34,268 nt of DNA. It comes from Candidatus Latescibacterota bacterium (GTDB lineage Bacteria > Latescibacterota > UBA2968). A program made the position numbers and the translations under genes. The stretch spans positions 29,754-64,021 of the forward strand of contig JAYODI010000025.1 of assembly GCA_038279365.1 (NCBI GenBank). The letters run 5' to 3'. The notes below the pieces were generated by a model. It was not told the DNA's origin. It was given only the letters and a program-made list of their open reading frames with translations, and ran no database searches. Below, piece by piece: positions 1-8,936 of this stretch (the first letter of the stretch is position 1; the number at the start of each line of letters is the position of its first letter).

Positions 1-2
1 CA

Positions 3-371
3 CTTATTGGGGCGATGTGGGGTGAAGCATTGGGTGCATTTTTTATGGTGGGTTTGGTGCGTTTGGTTATTCAGTGGCATATGACATTTTGTGTAAATTC
101 TGTGGCTCATTATTGGGGCAGCCAAAAGTATTCAACACAACACACAGCACGTGGCAGTTGGTGGCTCTCCTTTATTACCTGGGGTGAAATGGATCACAAT
201 TTTCATCACACATTTCCCAGTGATTTTCGCACGGGTACCAGATGGTATGACTTTGACCCTGGCAAGTGGGTGGTGTGGCTTTCTGGGAAAATAGGGTTGG
301 CTTTTGATCTCAAGAAAATGGATCCCGAGAAGATTAATCGGGCTATGGCGCGAGCAAAGAACGGTGATTGA
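3..371 (+). CDS. Membrane fatty acid (delta-9 acyl-CoA/acyl-lipid) desaturase, 3' part; truncated by window start
   Basis: VNSVAH, GE..HNFHH (third His box) and WYDFDPGKW are typical of delta-9 desaturase C-termini; the frame is open to the window edge. Confidence 0.9.
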   Translation, partial: LIGAMWGEALGAFFMVGLVRLVIQWHMTFCVNSVAHYWGSQKYSTQHTARGSWWLSFITWGEMDHNFHHTFPSDFRTGTRWYDFDPGKWVVWLSGKIGLAFDLKKMDPEKINRAMARAKNGD

Positions 372-392
372 TTGGTTGATGGATGGATTATC

Positions 393-426
393 AAACAGCC
401 ACTTTAAAAAAGTGGCTGTTTTTTTT
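393..426 (+). terminator. Rho-independent terminator
   Basis: AAACAGCCACTTT / AAAGTGGCTGTTT inverted repeat followed by a T run, about 20 nt after the desaturase stop. Confidence 0.85.
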
Positions 427-521
427 ATGCCTATTGGTTGAAAAATGACGTGGTTTTGGTAGCTTATGAAAGGTATGTGAACATTATTGAGAGGATTGGT
501 TTAAGTGAAAGGTGATTGGAT

Positions 522-1445
522 ATGAATATAAAAGATGCTCAAAGTAAGGGGGAATTTAAGCGCCAAGAAGATGCATTTCGCAATTGGGTAACGGTCGATG
601 GTTCTTCTCTATATGCTTCTGAAAAGGATCGTTATCATTTATATGTTTCTTTGGCTTGCCCCTGGGCGCATCGCACTTTGATTGTGCGTACATTGATGGG
701 GTTAGATCATGTGGTGGGGGCCACGGTTGTGGATCCTGTTCGAGATGACAGAGGGTGGCGATTTGGCACAGGAGATGGTTTTACAGAAGATCCCATTAAT
801 GGGTTTCACTTTTTGCAAGAAGCATATCACATCTCTGATCCCAATTGGCATGGGCGTGTGACGGTGCATGTGTTGTGGGACAAGAAGACCCGTCAAATTG
901 TGAACAATTCGGAAGATGATATTTGTTTGATGTTTCATAAGGCGTTTGTATCATTTTCTAATCATAAATGGGATCTGTTTCCCCAAAATGTGGCTGATGA
1001 ACAATCGGAACTCAGCAATCTGATTTATGAAAAGGTGAACAATGGTGTGTATCGGGCTGGGTTTGCGGGTGCGCAGGCGGTTTATGAAAGGGCGGTGCGT
1101 GGGGTTTTTGAAACATTGGATATGTTGGAGAACCGTTTGGCAGATAGACGTTATCTCTTCGGTGATTTTATTACAGAAGCCGATTTGCGTTTGTTTTGCA
1201 CCTTAATTCGATTTGATGCGGTATATTATGTGCATTTTAAATGCAATATGCGCCGCATTGTTGATTATCCCCATCTGTGGGGATATTTGCGCGATTTGTA
1301 TCAGGTGGAGGGTATTGCAGAAACAGTGAACCTCGATCATATTAAAAGACACTATTACATCACCCATCCAGATATAAATCCCACACGCTTTGTGCCTGTT
1401 GGGCCAGTTGATTTGGGTTTTGATGCACCTCATGGAAGAGGTTGA
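522..1445 (+). CDS. Glutathione S-transferase, glutathionyl-hydroquinone reductase (YqjG/ECM4-like) family
   Basis: RYHLYVSLACPWAHR, NNGVYRAGFA, TLIRFDAVY..HFKCN, HIKRHYY motifs; ATG at 522 preferred over TTG 516 because AAGGTGA lies 6 nt upstream. Confidence 0.92.
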   Translation: MNIKDAQSKGEFKRQEDAFRNWVTVDGSSLYASEKDRYHLYVSLACPWAHRTLIVRTLMGLDHVVGATVVDPVRDDRGWRFGTGDGFTEDPINGFHFLQEAYHISDPNWHGRVTVHVLWDKKTRQIVNNSEDDICLMFHKAFVSFSNHKWDLFPQNVADEQSELSNLIYEKVNNGVYRAGFAGAQAVYERAVRGVFETLDMLENRLADRRYLFGDFITEADLRLFCTLIRFDAVYYVHFKCNMRRIVDYPHLWGYLRDLYQVEGIAETVNLDHIKRHYYITHPDINPTRFVPVGPVDLGFDAPHGRG

Positions 1446-1480
1446 TAAATATTAAACATCAAGGATTCTAATTCTTTTTG

Positions 1481-1509
1481 TTGCAATATTTAAGTAAAAC
1501 TGTGATATT
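1481..1509 (+). promoter_or_regulatory. Possible sigma70 promoter for deaD
   Basis: TTGCAA-17 bp-GATATT with TG at the extended -10 position; imperfect match in AT-rich DNA. Confidence 0.35.
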
Positions 1510-1632
1510 TCTGGTTGCTCGGTTGTTTGTGTTTTTCAAACTTGCGTGAAGTGCATAGGCCATATATGGTCACGATCTGATCTTTTTGGGGTGAGGCCGT
1601 TGTGTGCTCACCCTTTTTAATAGGTGTTTATT

Positions 1633-3405
1633 ATGGATGCAGGACCGACGTCATTTGATGATTTAAAGTTAAGCCCAAGTGTATTGAGTGCCATTAAGAG
1701 CATTGGATATGAAACACCATCGCCTATTCAGGCGGCTGTGATTCCTTTTGTTTTGTCTGGGCGCGATGTGGTGGGGCAAGCCCAAACCGGCACGGGTAAA
1801 ACGGCGGCATTTGCGTTGCCCTTGTTGTCGCGAATCAATTTAAAAAAGCAAAATCCGCAGGTGTTGGTGCTTACGCCCACGCGCGAGTTGGCCATTCAGG
1901 TCTCAGAAGCCTTTCAGGGATATGCGGCGCATATGAAAGGGTTCCATGTGTTGCCTGTATATGGTGGACAAGATTACAACGTGCAGTTGCGCCCGCTCAA
2001 ACGTGGGGTGCATGTGGTGGTGGGCACACCTGGGCGTGTGATGGATCATATGCGCCGTGGAACGCTTAATTTGAGCAATTTGGAATGTTTGGTGCTCGAT
2101 GAAGCCGATGAGATGTTGCGCATGGGGTTTATTGATGATGTGGAATGGGTATTGACACAAACGCCATCTGAGCGGCAAATCGCGCTTTTTTCGGCCACCA
2201 TGCCCAGTGCGATTCGAAGCATTGCCAGACGGCATTTGAGAGATCCTGAAGAAGTGACCATTAAGGTTAAGACGACCACCGCAGAGACCATTCATCAGCG
2301 ATACTGGATGGTGAGTCGCGTACATAAATTGGATGCATTGACGCGCATTTTAGAAGCCGAACAATTTGATGGGTTATTGGTTTTTGTGCGCACCAAAGTG
2401 GCAACTGTAGAGTTGTCTGAAAAGTTAGAAGCACGTGGTTTTGCTTCGGCCCCATTAAATGGGGATGTGCCACAACGACAACGCGAGCGCACGGTAGAAC
2501 GTTTTAAGGCAGGTAAATTGGATATATTGGTGGCCACCGATGTGGCTGCACGAGGTTTGGATGTGGATCGTATTAGCCATGTGGTCAATTACGATATTCC
2601 CAACGATACAGAATCGTATGTGCACCGCATTGGGCGCACGGGGAGAATGGGCAAAGAAGGCCAGGCCATTTTGTTTGTGGCACCGCGTGAAAGGCGGATG
2701 TTGAATGAGATTGAAAAAGCCACACGCCAAAAAATTGAAATAATGGAATTGCCCACAGCAGAGTCGATAAATGACAAACGCATTGCGCGTTTTAAAGATC
2801 GCATTACAGAAACATTATCTGTAGAAGAGTTGGGTTTTTATTATCAAATTGTGGAACAATATCGACAAGAGCACAACATACCTGCAGTAGAAATTGCGGC
2901 GGCATTGGCTCGCATGGTGCAGGGCGATGAGCCTTTGTTGTTGGCTGAAAAAAACAAACCACAAATACCCATGCATCAGGATGTTCTGAAAGAAAAAGAC
3001 ACCAGCCCACGCGAGAAACAACGCAAGCAAAAGCGCTCTGATATTGGTATGGAACGTTTTCGCATTGAAGTGGGGCACAACCATGGGGTACAAGCTGGCA
3101 ATATTGTGGGTGCCATTGCCAATGAAGCCGGTTTAGACAGCAAATATATTGGGCGTATTGAAATTTTTGAAGATCACAGCACGGTCGATTTACCAGAGGG
3201 TATGTCGCGTCAGCTGTTGAAAGAGTTAAAAAAGGTATGGGTGGCTGGCCAACAGCTCAAAATTGCACGCTTAGAAAAAACACCGCGTCCGCCTGCTGGT
3301 GTGGGTAAAAAGCGGAAAAAGGCAAAGGCCACATCGACACCGACACCTGCAAAACCCAAAAAGAAACACCGCAAAGGTTCATCCCCATCACGGGTCGAAG
3401 TGTAG
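1633..3405 (+). CDS. deaD: DEAD-box RNA helicase DeaD/CsdA with DbpA-type C-terminal RNA-binding domain
   Basis: Q motif, AQTGTGKT, PTRELA, TPGR, DEAD, SAT, ARGLD, HRIGRTGR; GNIVGAIANEAG C-terminal domain; basic tail. ATG 1633 follows AGGTG. Confidence 0.95.
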   Translation: MDAGPTSFDDLKLSPSVLSAIKSIGYETPSPIQAAVIPFVLSGRDVVGQAQTGTGKTAAFALPLLSRINLKKQNPQVLVLTPTRELAIQVSEAFQGYAAHMKGFHVLPVYGGQDYNVQLRPLKRGVHVVVGTPGRVMDHMRRGTLNLSNLECLVLDEADEMLRMGFIDDVEWVLTQTPSERQIALFSATMPSAIRSIARRHLRDPEEVTIKVKTTTAETIHQRYWMVSRVHKLDALTRILEAEQFDGLLVFVRTKVATVELSEKLEARGFASAPLNGDVPQRQRERTVERFKAGKLDILVATDVAARGLDVDRISHVVNYDIPNDTESYVHRIGRTGRMGKEGQAILFVAPRERRMLNEIEKATRQKIEIMELPTAESINDKRIARFKDRITETLSVEELGFYYQIVEQYRQEHNIPAVEIAAALARMVQGDEPLLLAEKNKPQIPMHQDVLKEKDTSPREKQRKQKRSDIGMERFRIEVGHNHGVQAGNIVGAIANEAGLDSKYIGRIEIFEDHSTVDLPEGMSRQLLKELKKVWVAGQQLKIARLEKTPRPPAGVGKKRKKAKATSTPTPAKPKKKHRKGSSPSRVEV

Positions 3406-3415
3406 GAGATTTAAA

Positions 3416-4000
3416 ATGCGTATTTTTAGTTTTGGTGCCAGTACCGCGCAGGGTGCAAAAGATGATGTGGGAGGTGGGTTTATTGGGCGTATTGGTAAGC
3501 GCTTGATAGATGAACAGCTTGGGAAAGCAGAGAATTTTGGCATTGGCGGAGAGAATACCACGCAAATGGTGAGTCGTTTGGATGCTTTGGCAGATGTGCC
3601 CCAAACCGATATCGCCATTGTGACATTGGGCATTAACGATGTGCCCCGTTTCCCAGATTCGCGCCCCGAGCGCCGTGTGGGGTTGGAAAAGCACAAAACA
3701 AATGTGCAGGAGATAGTGACGTTTTTTCAGTCGCGGTGCAAGGTGATTTATGTCAATCAATATCCTGTGCAATATCAACAGTTGGGTTTTCAGCCAGAAA
3801 AAGTGGCAGACTATCGCAATGCGGGTGTGGCCATTGCGCATTCGTTGCATATCGATGTGGTAGACATTTTTGCGATGGTCGATGATGCTCTTTTTAATCG
3901 TTTTATTCACGACGATGGCATGCATTTTAATGCGGCAGGACATCAGTTTATCGCAGATGTGTTGTGGGATTTTATGCTGGAAAAAGGATATTTAAAATAG
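3416..4000 (+). CDS. SGNH/GDSL hydrolase family protein
   Basis: FGAST (block I), GIGG (II), LGIND (III), DGMHFN (V); AGGAG RBS overlapping the deaD stop places the start at 3416, not 3299. Confidence 0.85.
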   Translation: MRIFSFGASTAQGAKDDVGGGFIGRIGKRLIDEQLGKAENFGIGGENTTQMVSRLDALADVPQTDIAIVTLGINDVPRFPDSRPERRVGLEKHKTNVQEIVTFFQSRCKVIYVNQYPVQYQQLGFQPEKVADYRNAGVAIAHSLHIDVVDIFAMVDDALFNRFIHDDGMHFNAAGHQFIADVLWDFMLEKGYLK

Positions 4001-4043
4001 TTTTTGTGAAGCGTTTGACATTGCGTTTTTGAGCAAGAGTGTT

Positions 4044-4083
4044 GACGAGCCAATGTGTTGTAAGACACATTGGCTCGTTTTTT
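4044..4083 (+). terminator. Rho-independent terminator between convergent genes
   Basis: 14-bp perfect stem ACGAGCCAATGTGT/ACACATTGGCTCGT with a short loop containing GTAA, followed by a T run. Confidence 0.85.
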
Positions 4084-4096
4084 ATGGCAAGGTAGG

Positions 4097-5824
4097 TTAT
4101 GAATGTTTGGGTGATTTGCCTCGGTATTTGAGCAATATACCAAGTAAAATAATAACACCAGCAATGGCTGCTGCAAGGAGTCGATCTGGCAAGGGGTTGG
4201 GCACAAAGACAATGAGCCCCAACAAGCCACCTAAAATGAGGGAAGCATTGCCCATAATGGTGAGTTGCCGGCTATCAAAGGCACCTCCAATTTCTTTTTC
4301 GAAATCGACAGGTTGTGCCATTGTTTTGAAAAACGCAGCTTCATTTTTTTGATAGTGTACATCATTCCTTTTGGCAAGAAATACCGATATAGCGGTCGAT
4401 ATAGAGCCAAAAATGAAAATCCACATGGCGCGGTCTTGTATGGTCCAAGAGATGTTGTTTATGCTTTCATCATAAAAGGCATAAGCCGAGGGCAACAGGC
4501 AAGCCGTGATGATAAAGAAGTAAGACCATTTCCACATTTTTTTAAACCACAACCCAGCAAGCATCGGAAAACCAAGAGGAATGCCAATGATGGCACTGAT
4601 GGCCAAATAGGCATCAAAGAGCACGATGTCTTTTTGAATGACCCAAAGTAAGCTGTAACCTATAATGACACATCCGAGTATGACCGTGAGCACTCGGCAT
4701 AACCAAATTTCGGTTTCGGTTGAAAGATCTGGTTTGCCCATTTTTTTGCGAATATGAGGAATCAGATTGCGAACAATAATGCCCACCTGGCCATTGAGTG
4801 CGGTGTCCATGCTGCTCATGGTGGCCGCAAACATGGCGGCGATCATAATACCAATGAGGCCATTGGGGAGCAGTTGGAGTGCCACATAGGCATAGGAACC
4901 ATTGGATGGGTTGTCGATGGCAAGCTTGCTGATTTCGCTTTCATAGAGAAAGCGCCCAACCATAGGGGGGAGGAACCAGATGAGGGTGCCAAAGGCCATG
5001 AGTATCATTGCCAACCAAGCAGCTTTTTGGGCTTCTCTGCCGTCTTTGGCAACCAAAAAGCGCCCCGCAGAAGACAAGCTGATTTGTCCGTAGAGTTGCA
5101 TGAGAAAAATGACAATGATCCATTGCCAGGTAAATTTGTTGCCCGGAAATTGACCAGGATCTTTGACGAATTTGAAATCTTCGGCAAATCGGGGGTCTGA
5201 AAAATAAGAGAAGAAGGCACCGAGTCCTCCAATTTCATGGATGGCCAAAATGGAGACAACTATGGTGATGACAATCATGATCAGGCCTTGCACAAAATCG
5301 GTGGCCATCACAGCCCATTTGCCCCCAGTGGTGGAATAGAGCACCACAATGGCTCCAATGATGACAATGGTTGTTTTGAGGGGAAAACCAAAGGTAGAGC
5401 TTGCAAAACCTGCCAGTGCCCAAAGTTGAATGGACCCTGCAATGGGGGCCATAATCACCCCCACATAAATGCTGAATTGTTCCATAGACACACCGAACCG
5501 AGCGCGAATGACATCGGCGAGGGTGAGGGCACGGGTTTGGCGAAACCATTTGGCCAAAAAGAGACCCGAGATGGCATAGGAAATGATGTTTGCAAGGTAA
5601 ATAACCAAAAAAGTAGGGCCGGCATCGTAAGCGGCAGAAGCATTTCCTGTGAAGGTAAAAGCGCTAATGCCAGAGACAAACATGCTGACACCAACAATCC
5701 ACCAGGTCCCTTGGGCTCCGCCTCGAATAAAGTCACTCAGGTTGTTGTTGAACCGACTAAAGTAGGCACCCAACACCATGAGCAAGACGAGATAAACAAA
5801 GAGTGTGATAAATTCGAATTGCAT
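4097..5824 (-). CDS. Sodium:solute symporter (SSS/SLC5) family transporter
   Basis: Many hydrophobic segments; SAFTFTG, GG..AV.ATDFVQG, LPNGLIG..IAAMFAATMSSMD motifs. Start at MQFEF (5824) is a guess; the ORF extends to 5899. Confidence 0.9.
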   Translation of the reverse strand: MQFEFITLFVYLVLLMVLGAYFSRFNNNLSDFIRGGAQGTWWIVGVSMFVSGISAFTFTGNASAAYDAGPTFLVIYLANIISYAISGLFLAKWFRQTRALTLADVIRARFGVSMEQFSIYVGVIMAPIAGSIQLWALAGFASSTFGFPLKTTIVIIGAIVVLYSTTGGKWAVMATDFVQGLIMIVITIVVSILAIHEIGGLGAFFSYFSDPRFAEDFKFVKDPGQFPGNKFTWQWIIVIFLMQLYGQISLSSAGRFLVAKDGREAQKAAWLAMILMAFGTLIWFLPPMVGRFLYESEISKLAIDNPSNGSYAYVALQLLPNGLIGIMIAAMFAATMSSMDTALNGQVGIIVRNLIPHIRKKMGKPDLSTETEIWLCRVLTVILGCVIIGYSLLWVIQKDIVLFDAYLAISAIIGIPLGFPMLAGLWFKKMWKWSYFFIITACLLPSAYAFYDESINNISWTIQDRAMWIFIFGSISTAISVFLAKRNDVHYQKNEAAFFKTMAQPVDFEKEIGGAFDSRQLTIMGNASLILGGLLGLIVFVPNPLPDRLLAAAIAGVIILLGILLKYRGKSPKHS

Positions 5825-6016
5825 AAATGTGAGCTGCCTTTCTGTGGTGATTTTGCCTGTGGCGTTTATTGTTGTCGTATGTACTTGCATTTGTAACATA
5901 GGGTGATAAATTGGGATTTACAATGAGATTTTGTTGGTATGATAGACGGTTGATAAGTTCCGAAATCTGCGTCAGGTTTTCGGCTCATGCCCGTTGATAT
6001 ATAAAGGAAACCGAAT

Positions 6017-6997
6017 ATGATAAAAATTGCCGTGTTAGATGATTATTTAGATTTGGCCCAATCGGCTGCCGATTGGGCGTCTTTGGATGCAGACGTGACG
6101 TTTTTTCACGATACCATACACGATGAAGATGCGCTTGTTGCTCGCTTGGAACCATTTGATGTGTTGGTGACCATTCGAGAACGCACGCGGTTTCCACGGG
6201 AAGTGCTTGAACGATTGCCAAACTTAAAATTTATCGCAGGCACGGGCAGACGCCAAGCAAACGTGGACTTGGACGCGGCGACGCAATTGGGAATTCCTGT
6301 GTGTGTTACTACTGGGGCAGGCAGTCGGGGAAATTCGACGGCGGAATTAACTTGGGGATTGGTGTTGGCCTTAACGCGAAATATTGCGTGGGAAGATCGA
6401 CAAATGCGACAAGGACACTGGCAAACGCGGGTATCTGAAGGGTTGGGCGGGAAAACCTTGGGCATTTTGGGGTTGGGGCGCATTGGTTCTGTTGTGGCAG
6501 GTTTTGGCAAAGCATTTGATATGGATGTTGTGGCTTGGGGGCCAACGCTTGATGCGACGCGTGCGGCACGCAGTGGGGTTGAATATGTGTCGTGGGAGCA
6601 TTTGTTTAAACGGGCCGATGTGTTGTCGATTCATGTGCCACTGACAGATTTGAGCAAGGGATGGATTACACAAAAAGAATTGGGATGGATGAAAAATACC
6701 GCATTTTTGATCAACACTTCGAGAGGGCCTATTGTGGATGAGTTGGCATTGGTTGATGCGCTCAAAACGGGCGGGCTTGCAGGTGCTGGTTTGGATGTGT
6801 TTGATATCGAACCGCTTCCTTTGGGGCATCCATTTTTGTCGTTGGACAATGTTTTGTTGACACCGCATTTGGGTTATAACACAGGTGAAACCCTTAAGCA
6901 ATTTTTTGTGGTTTCCGTTGAAAATATAAAAGCCTGGATGGCAGGGCGTTTGGAGAATGTGATCAATATGGGAGTTGTTGATGGCCTGCGCAGATAG
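6017..6997 (+). CDS. D-isomer-specific 2-hydroxyacid dehydrogenase family protein
   Basis: GILGLGRIG Rossmann motif, INTSRG, LDVFDIEP, TPHLGY; AAGGA RBS. Confidence 0.93.
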   Translation: MIKIAVLDDYLDLAQSAADWASLDADVTFFHDTIHDEDALVARLEPFDVLVTIRERTRFPREVLERLPNLKFIAGTGRRQANVDLDAATQLGIPVCVTTGAGSRGNSTAELTWGLVLALTRNIAWEDRQMRQGHWQTRVSEGLGGKTLGILGLGRIGSVVAGFGKAFDMDVVAWGPTLDATRAARSGVEYVSWEHLFKRADVLSIHVPLTDLSKGWITQKELGWMKNTAFLINTSRGPIVDELALVDALKTGGLAGAGLDVFDIEPLPLGHPFLSLDNVLLTPHLGYNTGETLKQFFVVSVENIKAWMAGRLENVINMGVVDGLRR

Positions 6998-7189
6998 GTT
7001 GGGAATCTGTTTTATAAATGTGCGTGTTGTTATTGATGGATGATTTTTTTTTGAGTTTACCAAAAATCTATCTAATAGTATGTGTTTGCTATTTAAAATC
7101 ATCTTATGTGTTTTTTGTTGGGTATGAAGTCGTTTTTTGGGAACATCTTTTGGATGAGTCTCGTCTGTTAATGGTATGGGGCGCTGTAA

Positions 7190-7213
7190 AAGTGCATTAT
7201 AATTAATGCACTT
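7190..7213. promoter_or_regulatory. Palindromic putative operator upstream of the efflux operon
   Basis: AAGTGCATTA-taat-TAATGCACTT, perfect 10-bp inverted repeat with 4-bp spacer. Confidence 0.5.
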
Positions 7214-7255
7214 AGGTTGTGTGTTTGGCAATGGGAAGGATTACAGGTAGCCGTA

Positions 7256-7283
7256 TTGACACATTTTGTTTTTGCGATAAACT
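7256..7283 (+). promoter_or_regulatory. Possible sigma70 promoter for the efflux operon
   Basis: TTGACA-16 bp-TAAACT, about 45 nt upstream of the TolC ORF. Confidence 0.5.
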
Positions 7284-7327
7284 TTATAATTAAATATTCT
7301 TTTTTCTAAGATAACTGAAAGTTTGGT

Positions 7328-8818
7328 ATGATGAATAAATGGTGTTGTCGGAATTGGGGTATGGGTGTGATTTTTATTGTTTTTTTGTGTTTGGCCTGTC
7401 CTTTTGGCAAAATGAGTTTTGCACAGGACGTGCAGCGCATTTCTTACCAAGATGCTTTGCAGATGGCGTTGGTGCGCAACAGTGATGTAAAACGTGCAGA
7501 AAACGATGCCGAATATAGAGGCGTTGTGGTCAGTCGTGAATACATGGATTTTTTGCCGTCTTTGGATGTATCCAACCGAGGAACGCGCACCTTTGGGCGA
7601 AGTTTTAGCCAAGAAGAAGGCACGATCTTAAGTGAAACCAGCGATTTTTATGCCTTAGAGGCCAATGCCAATTTGGAGTTGTTTCGGGGGTTTGAAGGTT
7701 TGTCTTCTTTGGGGCAAGCCAAAAAAGAACGAGACGCCAGTCAATTATGGGCGGCGCGTGTGCGACAGGAAGCGGTTTTTAATGTGGTTGATCGTTTTGC
7801 AACCCTGTTGCAAAACCAAGAACTGGCACGTGGACGGGCGCAAGAATTAAAAGCTCAAGAAGATTTGTTAAGCCAAGTGGCTGGTTTGGTTAAAGTTGGG
7901 CGCAGGCCCAATTCGGATTTGTTTCAACAACAAGCAGCCCAAGCTGAGGCCGAAGTGTTGTGGTTGGCTGCCCAACGTGATGTGGCCTTGGCAGAGATGG
8001 AACTGATTCGGTTATTGCATTTGGATCCTACGGAGAATTATGAATATGAAACGTCTTCATTTCCGGACGTGCAAATGGATGAAGCAGACAGCATCTCTTA
8101 TGAGGCTGTTTTAGAAGAAGCGCTTGAAAAGCGATTGGATGTACAAGCTGTGTCACGCACGGTAGAAGCAAGAAGATATGAAACACGTGTTGCCAAATCG
8201 GGTTATTGGCCCCGATTGTCATTGCGTTATCGATATGGCAGTGACTGGTCCAATACGGCGCGTCAGCCTGTGTTGGGAACAGGGTCAGCGGCGCGCACCA
8301 TTACCATTACACCCGATGATGGTGGGGCACCTGCTACATTTGATGTGCCGGGTAGTCGTGTTGACCCAGATTTTTTTCAACCCAACTTTTCAGATCAGTT
8401 GAAAGATCGCCGAGGTGGGTCAATTCAGCTATCGCTTGATATTCCTGTTTTTGATCGGTTTGAAACCCGCACCCGTGTAAAAGCCGCGCAAGTGGATTTG
8501 GCTTCGGCACAATATGATTTGGAAGATTTGCAAAAGAATGTGGCGTTGCAAGTGCGTCGGGCTGTGTTGGACTATCAAAGCGCACATGCCCAATGGCAAG
8601 CTTCACAAAAACGGTTGTTGGCCAGTAACCGGGCACGGGATGCCGCAGAAAAACGCTATGAATTGGGTGCTGCAACATTTGTCGAATTGGCGCAAGCCAT
8701 TTCGGGTTATGTGGGGGCGCGCAGTGCAGAGGTGCGTGCACGATATGCCACCGTACGCGCACGAGAGCTCATTCGGTATCAAACTGGGCGTCTTGAAGTG
8801 CCTTTGAAAACGCCTTAA
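7328..8818 (+). CDS. TolC-family outer membrane efflux protein
   Basis: Signal peptide (..MSFA/QD), two OEP repeats (D/GxxPxL motifs, LDIPVFD, RYELGAATFVEL); precedes the MFP and RND genes. Confidence 0.92.
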   Translation: MMNKWCCRNWGMGVIFIVFLCLACPFGKMSFAQDVQRISYQDALQMALVRNSDVKRAENDAEYRGVVVSREYMDFLPSLDVSNRGTRTFGRSFSQEEGTILSETSDFYALEANANLELFRGFEGLSSLGQAKKERDASQLWAARVRQEAVFNVVDRFATLLQNQELARGRAQELKAQEDLLSQVAGLVKVGRRPNSDLFQQQAAQAEAEVLWLAAQRDVALAEMELIRLLHLDPTENYEYETSSFPDVQMDEADSISYEAVLEEALEKRLDVQAVSRTVEARRYETRVAKSGYWPRLSLRYRYGSDWSNTARQPVLGTGSAARTITITPDDGGAPATFDVPGSRVDPDFFQPNFSDQLKDRRGGSIQLSLDIPVFDRFETRTRVKAAQVDLASAQYDLEDLQKNVALQVRRAVLDYQSAHAQWQASQKRLLASNRARDAAEKRYELGAATFVELAQAISGYVGARSAEVRARYATVRARELIRYQTGRLEVPLKTP

Positions 8819-8936
8819 TGTCGCGATTGAGAAAAGATCATTTCGTTATCCAAATATAAAAATACACAGATATTTTTGGTAGGGAACGCGGCATGTGGAT
8901 TACGTTCCTTGCTTATTGGTCAAGAGAAAGTAGCTT

